Part shown: positions 1-8,471 of the stretch, in pieces
Layout: every line of letters starts with the position of its first letter
How positions within the stretch are numbered: the first letter of the stretch is position 1
Notes under the pieces: generated by a model
What the model saw: the letters and a program-made list of their open reading frames with translations, nothing else
What the model was told of the DNA's origin: nothing
The model's database searches: none
Program-made: the position numbers and the translations under genes
From: a virus
Virus genome (UHGV): UHGV-0207793
DNA length: 46,626 nucleotides
Reading direction: 5' to 3' (one strand)

Positions 1-8
1 ATTAAGTC

Positions 9-56
9 GGAACTGATAGTTCACGCAAGTGATATTATGATTGAACACATGGTTCA
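9..56. promoter_or_regulatory. OR operator-like sites GGAACTGATAGTTCA (9-23) and TGAACACATGGTTCA (42-56)
   Basis: TGAAC-N5-GTTCA palindromes; second overlaps the first ATG of cI, so cI may start at the second ATG (49). Confidence 0.35.
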
Positions 57-759
57 CGAAGAAAGAGCGCGAAAAGAATTTTCTCTGAGGCTAGCGCTGG
101 CCTGCGATAAAGCTGGATTGATGCCACACGGTCGCCAGGCTGAGATCGCCAAGAGAATGAAGTTGACACCGAAGGCCGTGAGCAAATGGTTTAACGGGGA
201 GTCGATACCAAGGCGGGGAACGCTCCAGGCGTTAGCGTCTCATATAGGCACGTCTGCATCGTACCTGCTTGGCGATGTTGACGAGGATGGTATTGAACCA
301 GGATCGGCATCCAATCGAAAAGACGTCTTTAGAATTGACCTCTTGGATATCGCCGTCAGCGCCGGTCCAGGGGTGATAAATCAGGAATTCGTTGAGATTC
401 TCCGCTCCGTTGAATATGCGCCAGCTGAGGCTAACCATATGTTTGATGGGCGCAAAGCTGAGAACATCAGGATTATCAACGTCCGCGGAGACAGTATGTC
501 AGGTACGATTGAGCCAGGAGATCTGTTGTTCGTCGATGTCAGCGTAAGGAAGTTTGACGGCGATGGAATATACGCCTTTTTGTACGATGACACTGCTCAC
601 GTTAAACGCTTGCAGAAGATGAAGGACAAGCTGCTGGTTATATCGGATAACAAGAGCTATGCCCCTTGGGAACCGATCGAGAAAGACGAGATGAACCGGG
701 TGTTCGTGTTCGGCAAGGTGATCGGCAGCATGCCGCAGACGTACAGGAAGCATGGGTAA
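37..759 (+). CDS. cI: CI-type prophage repressor (N-terminal HTH, C-terminal S24 LexA-like autopeptidase)
   Basis: 240-aa ORF; HTH-like segment QAEIAKRMKLTPKAVSKWFNG; S24 motifs VRGDSMSGTIEPGDLLFVD with a downstream Lys (VKRL); divergent from the cro-like gene across the window ends. Confidence 0.85.
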   Translation: MIEHMVHEERARKEFSLRLALACDKAGLMPHGRQAEIAKRMKLTPKAVSKWFNGESIPRRGTLQALASHIGTSASYLLGDVDEDGIEPGSASNRKDVFRIDLLDIAVSAGPGVINQEFVEILRSVEYAPAEANHMFDGRKAENIRIINVRGDSMSGTIEPGDLLFVDVSVRKFDGDGIYAFLYDDTAHVKRLQKMKDKLLVISDNKSYAPWEPIEKDEMNRVFVFGKVIGSMPQTYRKHG

Positions 760-781
760 AGCCTTAGCACGCAGAGGAAGC

Positions 782-901
782 ATGTCTGATCTGATTATCC
801 CAATACTCATTACTTTGCTAATTGTCGGACTGGTTGGGATAGTGCTCAGGTTGGAGAAGATTTTCTTTAAGCGAAGGGATGATCGTGATGACTTTGAGTG
901 A
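782..901 (+). CDS. 39-aa single-TM peptide (MSDLIIPILITLLIVGLVGIVLRLEKIFFKRRDDRDDFE), hok/type-I-toxin-like architecture
   Basis: ATG preceded by GAGGAAG; hydrophobic helix followed by a charged tail; lies between two 29-bp direct repeats immediately after cI. Confidence 0.4.
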   Translation: MSDLIIPILITLLIVGLVGIVLRLEKIFFKRRDDRDDFE

Positions 902-978
902 GCCAGACCGGTAGTTCGATGTGTTTTTGGTAATGCCGCAGACGTACAGGAAGCATGGGTAGCTAGGCCGGAGGAATT

Positions 979-1413
979 ATGCAAGTTAACCTAGAAAGAA
1001 TATCATTTATAACACCTTTTTCTGATAGTGAGGACCAGACACAGCCAAAGCTTAGTTTTGAGTGCGTGAACTTCCCCGCTCAGTTTTCGATAAATTTCCG
1101 GGTGGGAATGGTAGGTTTGAAGCCAAATACTCGCTATCAACTCGGACTGTTTGTTATACCAGCTCATTTATTTATTAAAGAGGGGCAGGAATTTCAACTT
1201 CCTGACGGCACTCAGGAATCTGTTTCTGTTAACATTGATACTAAAGACAGCAACATGGCGACGGGTGCCAGTGGACAGGTTGTCATTACTCTAAACGAAA
1301 TGCGCCTCCCTGGTAAGGGGCTGTATAGTGTGACTGGCGTCTTACACGCCAACGATTCGATAAAAACCGTGCTTCATAAAAACGAGTCATTTTTCACTGT
1401 TGATAAATTATGA
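979..1413 (+). CDS. hypothetical 144-aa protein, first gene of a cI-linked accessory pair (rexA position)
   Basis: ORF with strong RBS GGAGGAATT-ATG; AT-rich relative to flanks; stop overlaps start of next gene (ATGA). Confidence 0.5.
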   Translation: MQVNLERISFITPFSDSEDQTQPKLSFECVNFPAQFSINFRVGMVGLKPNTRYQLGLFVIPAHLFIKEGQEFQLPDGTQESVSVNIDTKDSNMATGASGQVVITLNEMRLPGKGLYSVTGVLHANDSIKTVLHKNESFFTVDKL

Positions 1414-2057
1414 GTGACGATAAAGAATCAAAAAATCAAGAGAATCAGAGCGCGAGACCAAATAGCCTAAGGAGGCTGAAAGTTATCGGTGGCTCAGATT
1501 TCGATGCTGAATTTGATAATTCCTCTGAGAAGGTGCAAGATCACTTCATAACGTCGCATACTTCGGAGCGAGAAGTGGATAGGATTAGCAGAGAAGAACT
1601 TGAAGCAAGGCTGTCCGCCAATAAAGCGGAAATGGAATCAATAGCCTCTTCAATTCGAGTAGACATGGCCTTAGCCAGAGAAAATACCAATGTCCAGTTC
1701 GCAAATCTCTCCTCCGCAATTAATTCTATCTCTTCAAAAATTGACGGGAAGATGGATAGTGTAGATGGAGAAATGAAAGCAATAACTGGTAAGTTTGATG
1801 GCATCCATGGTCAGATAACTGGCCTGAACACAGCCATTAGCGGAATCCAGTCAGGCATATCTACGCGACTTGCAATTTTTAGCGTAATTATCGCTGTGAT
1901 TGTCGCCTTGCCTGGGATTATCTCCTCATTTAAGGACTCTCCAGCTAAGTCTGATGATAATCCTTCACCCTTGATTATTCAGATGCCAGCGCAGCAACAA
2001 AATCAACAACCCGCCCCCCAAAACCAACAGAAAGCCTCGCCAAATCAGCATAAGTAG
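1410..2057 (+). CDS. hypothetical coiled-coil protein with C-terminal transmembrane anchor and Q/P-rich tail (rexB position)
   Basis: 215-aa ORF; heptad-like repeats (SAINSISSKIDGK, MKAITGKFDG, GQITGLNTAISGIQSG); hydrophobic segment LAIFSVIIAVIVALPGIISSF; translationally coupled to upstream ORF; followed by an intrinsic terminator. Confidence 0.55.
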   Translation: MSDDKESKNQENQSARPNSLRRLKVIGGSDFDAEFDNSSEKVQDHFITSHTSEREVDRISREELEARLSANKAEMESIASSIRVDMALARENTNVQFANLSSAINSISSKIDGKMDSVDGEMKAITGKFDGIHGQITGLNTAISGIQSGISTRLAIFSVIIAVIVALPGIISSFKDSPAKSDDNPSPLIIQMPAQQQNQQPAPQNQQKASPNQHK

Positions 2058-2082
2058 CCCGGCCACCGCGCCGGGTTTTTAT
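2058..2082 (+). terminator. rho-independent terminator ending the cI-cargo operon (tImm-like)
   Basis: stem cccggc / gccggg with 6-nt loop followed by TTTTT. Confidence 0.6.
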
Positions 2083-2224
2083 TGCCCTACCATTCCCTCG
2101 GCAGCATCAGCACGGCTAGCACCAACTTAATTACTATGCGCCCACCAAACTAAACATAACGCAAAAATAAATATACTTTAAGTTCATTAACTTACCTGAA
2201 TATGAACTATCCACAAATCAAAAA

Positions 2225-2267
2225 TGTACTTTTGGTACTTTACAATGATGAACCATTAGTACATTAT
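2225..2267 (+). promoter_or_regulatory. putative OL/pL: two 15-bp operator-like sites (TGTACttttgGTACT, TGAACcattaGTACA) 9 bp apart, overlapping -35 TTTACA / -10 CATTAT
   Basis: AT-rich 240-bp non-coding gap; sites resemble those between cro and cI (TGAAC-N5-GT(T/A)CA); 17-bp promoter spacing. Confidence 0.4.
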
Positions 2268-2346
2268 CATCTCATCCAAACAACAACGTTGGCGCCGGTA
2301 ATAGGTAACAACGCTCCGTTAGCCGCGATAAGGCAAAGGTGAAGAG

Positions 2347-2463
2347 ATGATCCGCGAAGAAGATAAAACTGAGTGGTTTAAGTTTCTGGCACACGCATTC
2401 GCCATCGTCGTATGCGTACTGGTAGCAAGCGCGTTCTGCCTGATGCCTGGTGGTTCAGCATGA
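2347..2463 (+). CDS. 38-aa hydrophobic peptide, first gene after putative pL
   Basis: RBS AGGTGAAGAG-ATG; MIREEDKTEWFKFLAHAFAIVVCVLVASAFCLMPGGSA; ATGA overlap with next ORF. Confidence 0.35.
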   Translation: MIREEDKTEWFKFLAHAFAIVVCVLVASAFCLMPGGSA

Positions 2464-2570
2464 GCAGAAACGGCATTCGTTCACTGATTTACTGCCTGCT
2501 GATCTGCGGCGTTATCTGGACAGCGTTGATTATCAAAATTCTGCACGTTACGGGGGTGTTCAATGGCTAA
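2460..2570 (+). CDS. 36-aa hydrophobic peptide (MSRNGIRSLIYCLLICGVIWTALIIKILHVTGVFNG)
   Basis: translationally coupled to preceding peptide; single predicted TM helix. Confidence 0.3.
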   Translation: MSRNGIRSLIYCLLICGVIWTALIIKILHVTGVFNG

Positions 2571-2757
2571 CTCAATTCCTAACAACGGACGAGCCGTGAT
2601 GATGCGTAATCGCCGTACTGGCGCCGCCTGGCTGGTCAGCTTCGACTATCGCGACGGCAGCTACTGGCATGAGCCGCAGGGAAATCTGCGCCACATCCGC
2701 CGGCCATATGCTTCACGCAGCATTGAGCCGAACCTGGTTCCAGCCGGGACGCATTAA
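2563..2757 (+). CDS. hypothetical 64-aa basic protein (Arg-rich segment MMRNRRTGAAW)
   Basis: ORF with GGGGGTG RBS; overlaps end of the 36-aa peptide in another frame, so only one of the two may be real. Confidence 0.3.
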   Translation: MANSIPNNGRAVMMRNRRTGAAWLVSFDYRDGSYWHEPQGNLRHIRRPYASRSIEPNLVPAGTH

Positions 2758-2845
2758 CCGCGCATATCAGCGCAAGAATTTAACTGAGCTATCAGGCAGC
2801 CAATACGGTGCCGGGATTCTTACAACCAAATTTCAGGAGCGAGCT

Positions 2846-3130
2846 ATGAACGCATACCGCGCATACGACGCTATCGAAGAACGGAAATGGGCTGAACAGT
2901 CGCTCACCGAAGAGAAGCAAAAGTGGATTGACGATCGGGCGCAGGAAATTATCGACGCCCTGCCGAAAGAGCCGTCAGGCCTGTTCCGCTTCTCTGTACC
3001 GATGGACAAAAGCCCATACGAAGGCCTCCGCAGCGATGCAGCTGGCGAGGCATATAACGATCTCATCTCGGTAGTAGCTTACGCCCAGGCGGAATACGAC
3101 TGGGATCACCGCACCGGCTGCCCGTTTTAA
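2846..3130 (+). CDS. gam: Gam-like host nuclease (RecBCD) inhibitor
   Basis: Starts MNAYRAYDAIEERKWAEQSLTEEKQKW, resembling lambda GamS [30 protein letters not shown]; sits immediately upstream of bet/exo homologues as in lambda; AGGAG RBS. Confidence 0.55.
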   Translation: MNAYRAYDAIEERKWAEQSLTEEKQKWIDDRAQEIIDALPKEPSGLFRFSVPMDKSPYEGLRSDAAGEAYNDLISVVAYAQAEYDWDHRTGCPF

Positions 3131-3146
3131 CTTTGAGGGGAATTCT

Positions 3147-3893
3147 ATGAGCACAGCACTTTCTACAATGGCCGGGAAGCTTGCCTCCCGCCTCGGCATG
3201 GATGCCGGAACTGACCTGATGAACACTCTGAAAAATACAGCATTTAAGGGTGGGAATGTCACTGATGAGCAGTTCACGGCACTGCTGATCGTCGCCAACC
3301 AGTACGGACTGAATCCGTGGACAAAAGAGATTTATGCATTCCCGGATAAAGGCGGAATTGTTCCAGTGGTCGGCGTTGACGGCTGGGCTCGAATCATCAA
3401 CGAACATCCTCAGTTTGATGGAATGGAGTTTGCCTACGACAAGGAAGAAGGCGCGTGTACCTGCAAGATATACCGGAAAGACCGCACACACCCGACCATC
3501 GTCACTGAGTACATGGGAGAGTGCAAACGCAACACTCAGCCATGGCAGTCCCACCCTACCCGTATGCTTCGTCACAAGACGCTGATCCAGTGTGCGCGTC
3601 TCGCATTTGGGTTTGCTGGCATCTTCGATCAGGACGAAGCCGAGCGTGTCATTGAAGGGAGTTCGGCAGAGGTTCATGTAGGGCATGAATCTGATAGTCG
3701 CCGCCCGGAACTAATCGCAAAAGGCGAGTCTGCCGCACGCCTTGGAACTATTAAGTATCAGGAATTCTGGGTGGCGTTAAGCGCAGAAGAGAAACAGGTT
3801 ATCGGCGCGGTTGAGAAGCGTCGCATGTATGACATGAGCCTTGCAGTCGACAACGCAGAACCTGTCGATGCCGCAGCGCCGGAGGATAAATGA
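3147..3893 (+). CDS. bet: RecT/Bet-family single-strand annealing protein
   Basis: 248-aa ORF; RecT-like core (GGNVTDEQFTALLIVANQYGLNPWTKEIYAF); followed by and overlapping a YqaJ exonuclease. Confidence 0.85.
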   Translation: MSTALSTMAGKLASRLGMDAGTDLMNTLKNTAFKGGNVTDEQFTALLIVANQYGLNPWTKEIYAFPDKGGIVPVVGVDGWARIINEHPQFDGMEFAYDKEEGACTCKIYRKDRTHPTIVTEYMGECKRNTQPWQSHPTRMLRHKTLIQCARLAFGFAGIFDQDEAERVIEGSSAEVHVGHESDSRRPELIAKGESAARLGTIKYQEFWVALSAEEKQVIGAVEKRRMYDMSLAVDNAEPVDAAAPEDK

Positions 3894-4513
3894 TGGAACA
3901 ACGCACCCCAGAATGGTTTGCCGCTCGCTGCGGAAAAGTTACAGCCAGCCGCCTTGCTGACGTCATGGCCAGAACCAAGTCTGGCTATGCAGCAAGCCGA
4001 CAGAACTACATGGCCGAGCTGATTTGCCAACGCCTCACCGGGAAGCTTGAAGAAGGTTTCTCCAACGCCGCAATGATGCGCGGAACAGAACTCGAGCCGG
4101 TAGCGCGCGAAATGTATGCGCTGAATGAGTTCGATGCCGAAATCACTGAGGTGGGGCTTATCGATCACCCAACTATACCAGGATTCGCAGCAAGCCCTGA
4201 TGGGCTTGTTAATGGTGATGGGCTTATCGAAATTAAGTGCCCCAACACCTGGACTCATCTTGAGACCTTAAAAACTGGCGAGCCAAAACGCCAGTACCTG
4301 CTGCAGATGCACGCTCAGATGATGTGCACAGGGCGTAAATGGTGTGATTTCGTTAGTTTCGACGATCGTCTACCGCCAGACCTCGCCTATTTCAAAAAGC
4401 GCATTCACTTCGACGAAGCACTGGCAAATGAGATTGAGTCCGAAGTGAAAAAGTTCCTGGAAGAGCTGGAGAAAGAAATTTCCAGCATAAAAAACCACGA
4501 CCATGCCGCATGA
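3890..4513 (+). CDS. exo: YqaJ-type viral recombination exonuclease (lambda Exo functional analogue)
   Basis: N-terminus MEQRTPEWFAARCGKVTASRLADVMA typical of the YqaJ family; ATGA overlap with RecT gene. Confidence 0.85.
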   Translation: MMEQRTPEWFAARCGKVTASRLADVMARTKSGYAASRQNYMAELICQRLTGKLEEGFSNAAMMRGTELEPVAREMYALNEFDAEITEVGLIDHPTIPGFAASPDGLVNGDGLIEIKCPNTWTHLETLKTGEPKRQYLLQMHAQMMCTGRKWCDFVSFDDRLPPDLAYFKKRIHFDEALANEIESEVKKFLEELEKEISSIKNHDHAA

Positions 4514-5069
4514 GAAAGGCAGGCACGAAAAGAGGTGCGCAATGACTGATTATGGCGGATCGAAAACTCCAAAAAATGAACGTGACTACTGGCAAACGCC
4601 GATTGAAATTTTCAACGCGCTCGACCGCGAGTTTGGCTTCTGGCTGGATGCTGCAGCCTCTGAGAGTAATGCGCTATGCGCTCACTACCTCACTGAGCTG
4701 GATGACTCGCTGAACAGCGAATGGACGTCGTACGGCGCGATATGGTGTAACCCGCCCTATTCCGATATTGGGCCGTGGGTAGAAAAGGCTGCTGAGCAAT
4801 CCAGGGCGCAGTCTCAGGCTGTAGTGATGTTGTTACCGGCTGACATTTCTACCGGCTGGTTTATTTCAGCCATGCAATCAGCTGATGAACTCAGACTCAT
4901 AACCGGCGGCCGTGTTCAGTTTGTTCCGGCATCCGTTACAGGAAAGCGAAAGAGCAACCCCAAAGGCTCGCTCCTGTTTATCTGGCGCCCGTACATCACC
5001 CCGCGACACATCATCACGTCTGTATCGCTGGCTGAGTTAAAGCGGATCGGGAATCTGGAGGCAGCATGA
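4503..5069 (+). CDS. phage DNA N6-adenine methyltransferase (Dam-like)
   Basis: motif IWCNPPYSD (NPPY catalytic motif); probable true start at MTDYGGSK (about 4542). Confidence 0.8.
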   Translation: MPHEKGRHEKRCAMTDYGGSKTPKNERDYWQTPIEIFNALDREFGFWLDAAASESNALCAHYLTELDDSLNSEWTSYGAIWCNPPYSDIGPWVEKAAEQSRAQSQAVVMLLPADISTGWFISAMQSADELRLITGGRVQFVPASVTGKRKSNPKGSLLFIWRPYITPRHIITSVSLAELKRIGNLEAA

Positions 5070-5287
5070 CGCCAGAAGAAAAAGAAAACGCTCTCCGCGC
5101 CCAGGCTCGTCGCTGCGCAGAAGAGATAACCAAAGCGATGAGCGTAAAGCCTAAACCTAAGTGGAACGCTGTATGCCCCCCCATCCTTCGCAAGCACTAC
5201 GAGAAGGTAAAGCCGATGGGTGTCAGTCTGGTGAAATTTGTCAGTGTTATTGGCCGCATGAATGGTCGGTATGGAGTGGAATCATGA
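5066..5287 (+). CDS. hypothetical 73-aa protein
   Basis: ORF translationally coupled on both sides (ATGA overlaps). Confidence 0.4.
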   Translation: MTPEEKENALRAQARRCAEEITKAMSVKPKPKWNAVCPPILRKHYEKVKPMGVSLVKFVSVIGRMNGRYGVES

Positions 5288-6003
5288 AAGAGCGCGGAAT
5301 GATTTTTAACGGGGAAATGACGCGAGCAATTCTCGACGGTCGGAAGACGCAGACCCGGCGGATTATGAAAGCCCAGCCGTCAGAAGACTTCACGCCGATG
5401 AATATGGCACTTGAAGCAGATTATAAAGCGCGCTGGTACACGCCTGGCATTGTCGATAAGGACGGTTGTTTGCAGCCGGCGGGGAAAGAGGTGTTTGGTG
5501 TTGCCAATGAAAACGAAGGTTATTCCTGCCCGTTCGGCGCTGTCGGCGACCGCATCTGGGTGCGTGAGGCTTATCGTTTCCCGGCATCATTAGACGATGT
5601 TAGCCCAACTGGTGTTGGTGAAATGGCTGTGGCAACAGGATACAGAAAACCATGGGCGCCGACCTTCTACGAGTTTACAGGCACTTTCAGTGATGGATGG
5701 AAAGGATTCGAAACCCCTCCAAAAGTTTCTGACGCCGGAAAGCTTCGCCCATCAATCCACATGCCTCGCTGGGCCAGTCGCATTCTGCTGGAAATCACCG
5801 ACGTGCGGGTTGAACGGTTGAAGAGTATTAGTGATCGCGATGCGCTACGCGAAGGGTGCAGTGCCGCCGACATGAAGAGTGGCGACTGTGTAGCTGATGT
5901 GTTCGCGCGCCTGTGGGCTTCAATCTACGGTGCTGAAAGTTGGAATGCCAACCCCTGGGTTTGGGTTATCGAGTTCAAGCGCGTTGAAGGCGGTGCAGCA
6001 TGA
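5284..6003 (+). CDS. ASCH/PUA-like domain protein
   Basis: MKERGMIFNGEMTRAILDGRKTQTRR N-terminus typical of ASCH; the tool's longer ORF (5161) probably starts at this internal ATG with GGAG RBS. Confidence 0.6.
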   Translation: MKERGMIFNGEMTRAILDGRKTQTRRIMKAQPSEDFTPMNMALEADYKARWYTPGIVDKDGCLQPAGKEVFGVANENEGYSCPFGAVGDRIWVREAYRFPASLDDVSPTGVGEMAVATGYRKPWAPTFYEFTGTFSDGWKGFETPPKVSDAGKLRPSIHMPRWASRILLEITDVRVERLKSISDRDALREGCSAADMKSGDCVADVFARLWASIYGAESWNANPWVWVIEFKRVEGGAA

Positions 6004-6191
6004 ACAGAGCCTCTCCCGTTGATTTAAGGAAATGCCTTGAGGCCGCACATGGCCTAGCTCATATCGGCATCCGTTTTGTGCCGATCCCGGTAGCGACAGA
6101 GGAAGAGTTCCAGGCACTGTCTGCCGAGCTTTCACGAAAGCTTGAGCAGATGGCGGTTGAAGCGGAAAAAAGCGAAGGAGGTGCAGCATGA
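6000..6191 (+). CDS. hypothetical 63-aa protein
   Basis: ORF in operon context, overlapping neighbours. Confidence 0.35.
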   Translation: MNRASPVDLRKCLEAAHGLAHIGIRFVPIPVATEEEFQALSAELSRKLEQMAVEAEKSEGGAA

Positions 6192-6406
6192 GCGCAGAAC
6201 TCATCGATCAGGCCAACGAACTGGCAGAGCGCCGGCTGGAAATGACCATCCAGAACATGCGCATCAACCATAACGCAGTTTCAGCTACTCACTGCCGAGA
6301 CTGCGGGGAAGAGATACCCGAGCGGCGCCGGGAACTGGTGGCGGGCTGCCAGCGCTGCGCTGACTGTCAGGAAGAAGAGGAATTGCGCGGTAAGCATCGG
6401 AGGTGA
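6188..6406 (+). CDS. TraR/DksA-family C4 zinc-finger protein
   Basis: CRDCGEEIPERRRELVAGCQRCADC four-Cys motif. Confidence 0.6.
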   Translation: MSAELIDQANELAERRLEMTIQNMRINHNAVSATHCRDCGEEIPERRRELVAGCQRCADCQEEEELRGKHRR

Positions 6407-6407
6407 T

Positions 6408-6743
6408 ATGGCGTCAGACAAACCGATAACAGCTCAGCAGGCCGCCGACTTACTCATCGTGTCGGCGCGGGTAATCTACCGCCTGATTGAGTCAGGAGAA
6501 CTCGCCGGCCGCAAGGTCGGCAACAAGTACAGAACGACCGAAGCGGCATGTATTGCGTATTTGTCATCCCCGCAGGAAACTAAACGAGCGAACGCGGGTG
6601 AGCATAAAGGAGATATTTTATGTCCATCACCCTCAGAGGCGGCATGTGGCACTGTCATTTCTTTACGCCGTCAGGGAAAAGAGTTAGGCGATCTCTTGGC
6701 ACGGGGGACAAAAAGCAGGCGCAGGAGCTCCACGATAAGCTAA
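6408..6743 (+). CDS. xis: excisionase / AlpA-like HTH DNA-binding protein
   Basis: [35 protein letters not shown] immediately upstream of int; the ORF runs 124 nt into int, so the true stop is uncertain. Confidence 0.5.
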   Translation: MASDKPITAQQAADLLIVSARVIYRLIESGELAGRKVGNKYRTTEAACIAYLSSPQETKRANAGEHKGDILCPSPSEAACGTVISLRRQGKELGDLLARGTKSRRRSSTIS

Positions 6744-7783
6744 AGGCTGAAGCATGGCGGGTTGACCAGATCGGCGACCTGCCTGTCAGAACCTTCGAAG
6801 AGTGCTGTATCCGGTGGCTGCGGGAGAAAGACCACAAGCGGTCGCTGGATGATGACAAAACCAAAATTGAGTTTTGGCTGCAGCATTTTTCCGGCCGTGA
6901 TGTATCAAAAATAACGGCGGAGGAAATTCACGAAGCCGTTAACGGGATGATCAACCGTAAGCACCTGCAGGTATGGGAGAGTAAACGTGATGCCGCGTTG
7001 AGGAAGGGTAAGCCGATACCGGAGTACAAACCACGGCAGGTTTCGCAGGCTACGAAGGCGCAACACCTTTCCTTCATTCGATCCCTTCTCAGGGCCGCGG
7101 CGAATGACTGGGGCTGGATAAAAACAGCTCCTGTTATCAAAACCCGCAAGCCGATCAGTAAGCGGATACGGTGGCTGACCAGAGAAGAAGCTGAGCGGTT
7201 GATCGAGTGCATGCCGGAGAGCATTAAGCCAGTGGTGATATTTGCACTGGCAACCGGCCTGCGCCGCTCAAACATCATCGGGCTTGAGTGGCAGCAGGTC
7301 GATATGCAGAGAAAGGTTGCATGGGTAAATCCGGAGAACGCAAAAGCGGGCAAGGCGATTGGCGTAGCTCTGAATGATACCGCATGCAGGGTATTAAGGG
7401 ATCAGATAGGGAAGCATTCCCGGTGGGTGTTCGTTCACACCACGGCAAAACATCGCCCGGATGGAACACTGACGCCCGCGGTTAGAAAAATGCGTGTGGA
7501 TGACAATAACGCCTGGCGCGCCGGGTTGAAAAAAGCGGGGATCGAGGATTTCCGTTTTCACGACCTCCGGCACACCTGGGCGAGCTGGCTTATTCAGTCC
7601 GGCGTCCCGCTTTCTGTCTTACAGGAAATGGGAGGATGGGAGAGCATCGAGATGGTACGTCGTTATGCTCACCTGGCGCCGAACCACCTGACCGAACACG
7701 CACGGAAAATTGACGCCATTTTTGGCGCTAGCGACACAAATACGACACAAGGAGGAAATCAGGCTGGATTAAAACTGGCGTAA
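6620..7783 (+). CDS. int: tyrosine site-specific integrase
   Basis: 387-aa ORF; C-terminal catalytic region with [15 protein letters not shown] and MVRRYAHL (R..H-x-x-R..Y); strong RBS AAAGGAGA; adjacent to att. Confidence 0.9.
   Translation: MSITLRGGMWHCHFFTPSGKRVRRSLGTGDKKQAQELHDKLKAEAWRVDQIGDLPVRTFEECCIRWLREKDHKRSLDDDKTKIEFWLQHFSGRDVSKITAEEIHEAVNGMINRKHLQVWESKRDAALRKGKPIPEYKPRQVSQATKAQHLSFIRSLLRAAANDWGWIKTAPVIKTRKPISKRIRWLTREEAERLIECMPESIKPVVIFALATGLRRSNIIGLEWQQVDMQRKVAWVNPENAKAGKAIGVALNDTACRVLRDQIGKHSRWVFVHTTAKHRPDGTLTPAVRKMRVDDNNAWRAGLKKAGIEDFRFHDLRHTWASWLIQSGVPLSVLQEMGGWESIEMVRRYAHLAPNHLTEHARKIDAIFGASDTNTTQGGNQAGLKLA
7732..7750 (-). repeat. arm-type repeats (TTGTGTCGT x2) on P side of attP
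   Basis: CGACACAA twice, 11 bp apart; same motif repeated in opposite orientation right of the core. Confidence 0.4.
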
Positions 7784-7798
7784 GTTATTGTTTCTTAA

Positions 7799-7843
7799 TG
7801 GTACGCCCTACAGGGTTCGAACCTGTGACCTACGGCTTAGAAG
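7799..7843 (-). other. attP core: 3' half (anticodon loop to CCA) of a tRNA-Arg(UCU) gene
   Basis: Reverse complement reads CTTCTAAGCCGTAGGTCACAGGTTCGAACCCTGTAGGGCGTACCA (anticodon loop, variable loop, T-arm, acceptor 3' strand, CCA); no matching 5' half follows, so it is an att duplication rather than a gene. Confidence 0.6.
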
Positions 7844-7903
7844 AAAGTAGAGCGTTAAATAACTCACTGTAATCACACATATTTACCGCGTTCGCATCCG
7901 GTT

Positions 7904-7921
7904 TTGTGTCGTTTCGTGTCG
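7904..7921 (+). repeat. arm-type repeats (TTGTGTCGTTTCGTGTCGT) on P' side of attP
   Basis: tandem T(T/C)GTGTCGT copies inverted relative to 7732-7750. Confidence 0.4.
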
Positions 7922-8153
7922 TTTGAATACATCCCTGTCTTTATCGTGCATTCCTGTCACGCCACAACTACGACACACCCGTCACGCGAATTCTCCCAGG
8001 ATCAGGATTCCATCCGTTCCATCTCCTGAGATGCCAAAATCTGCGAGCAGCTATCCAGAACGCAAACTCGCCGATTTACCTCATCATCAGAACGGCGCAT
8101 CATTAGCACGCTAGTTAATCATGTAATTTTCGGTGCGCACCACTCTTTCATGG

Positions 8154-8471
8154 TTAAACAGCTACGCTATCGCTTCGCACATCACAAATGACATGCGTCA
8201 CAACGCCGGCGACAGTGACATCGTCCAGGGCCTCGCCTTCTATTGCTTCGCCATCTTCGGTTATCAGCGACCGCCCTCTCAGCGTGGCAAGTTCAGTCCC
8301 GCCGCCGTGCTGGATAAGAACCTGACTACCCTGCTTTGGCTTCAGGGAAATATCCAGCACAACATAACCGCTATCCCTTTCGAAAACGCGAGTGTTAGGC
8401 CCGACATTGCAGATCGAGTTAACGGACAGTCGCTGCTCGACGTAGTCCGTCGCGGGTGAAGGAAAGCCCAT
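8154..8471 (-). CDS. UmuD'-like (HumD-like) S24-family translesion-synthesis accessory protein, begins at the UmuD cleavage-site equivalent
   Basis: MGFPSPATDYVEQRL matches UmuD' N-terminus GFPSPAADYVEQRI; C-terminus EALDDVTVAGVVTHVICDVR matches EDTLDVFGVVIHVVKAMR; TAATG coupling to upstream gene. Confidence 0.6.
   Translation of the reverse strand: MGFPSPATDYVEQRLSVNSICNVGPNTRVFERDSGYVVLDISLKPKQGSQVLIQHGGGTELATLRGRSLITEDGEAIEGEALDDVTVAGVVTHVICDVRSDSVAV

Noticed and set aside
5161-5283. N-terminal extension of the ASCH ORF
   Set aside because: Overlaps upstream gene in another frame; ASCH N-terminus and GGAG RBS indicate start at 5284
8133-8459. 108-aa + strand ORF
   Set aside because: Antisense to the UmuD'-like gene, which has clear homology and coupling; no RBS
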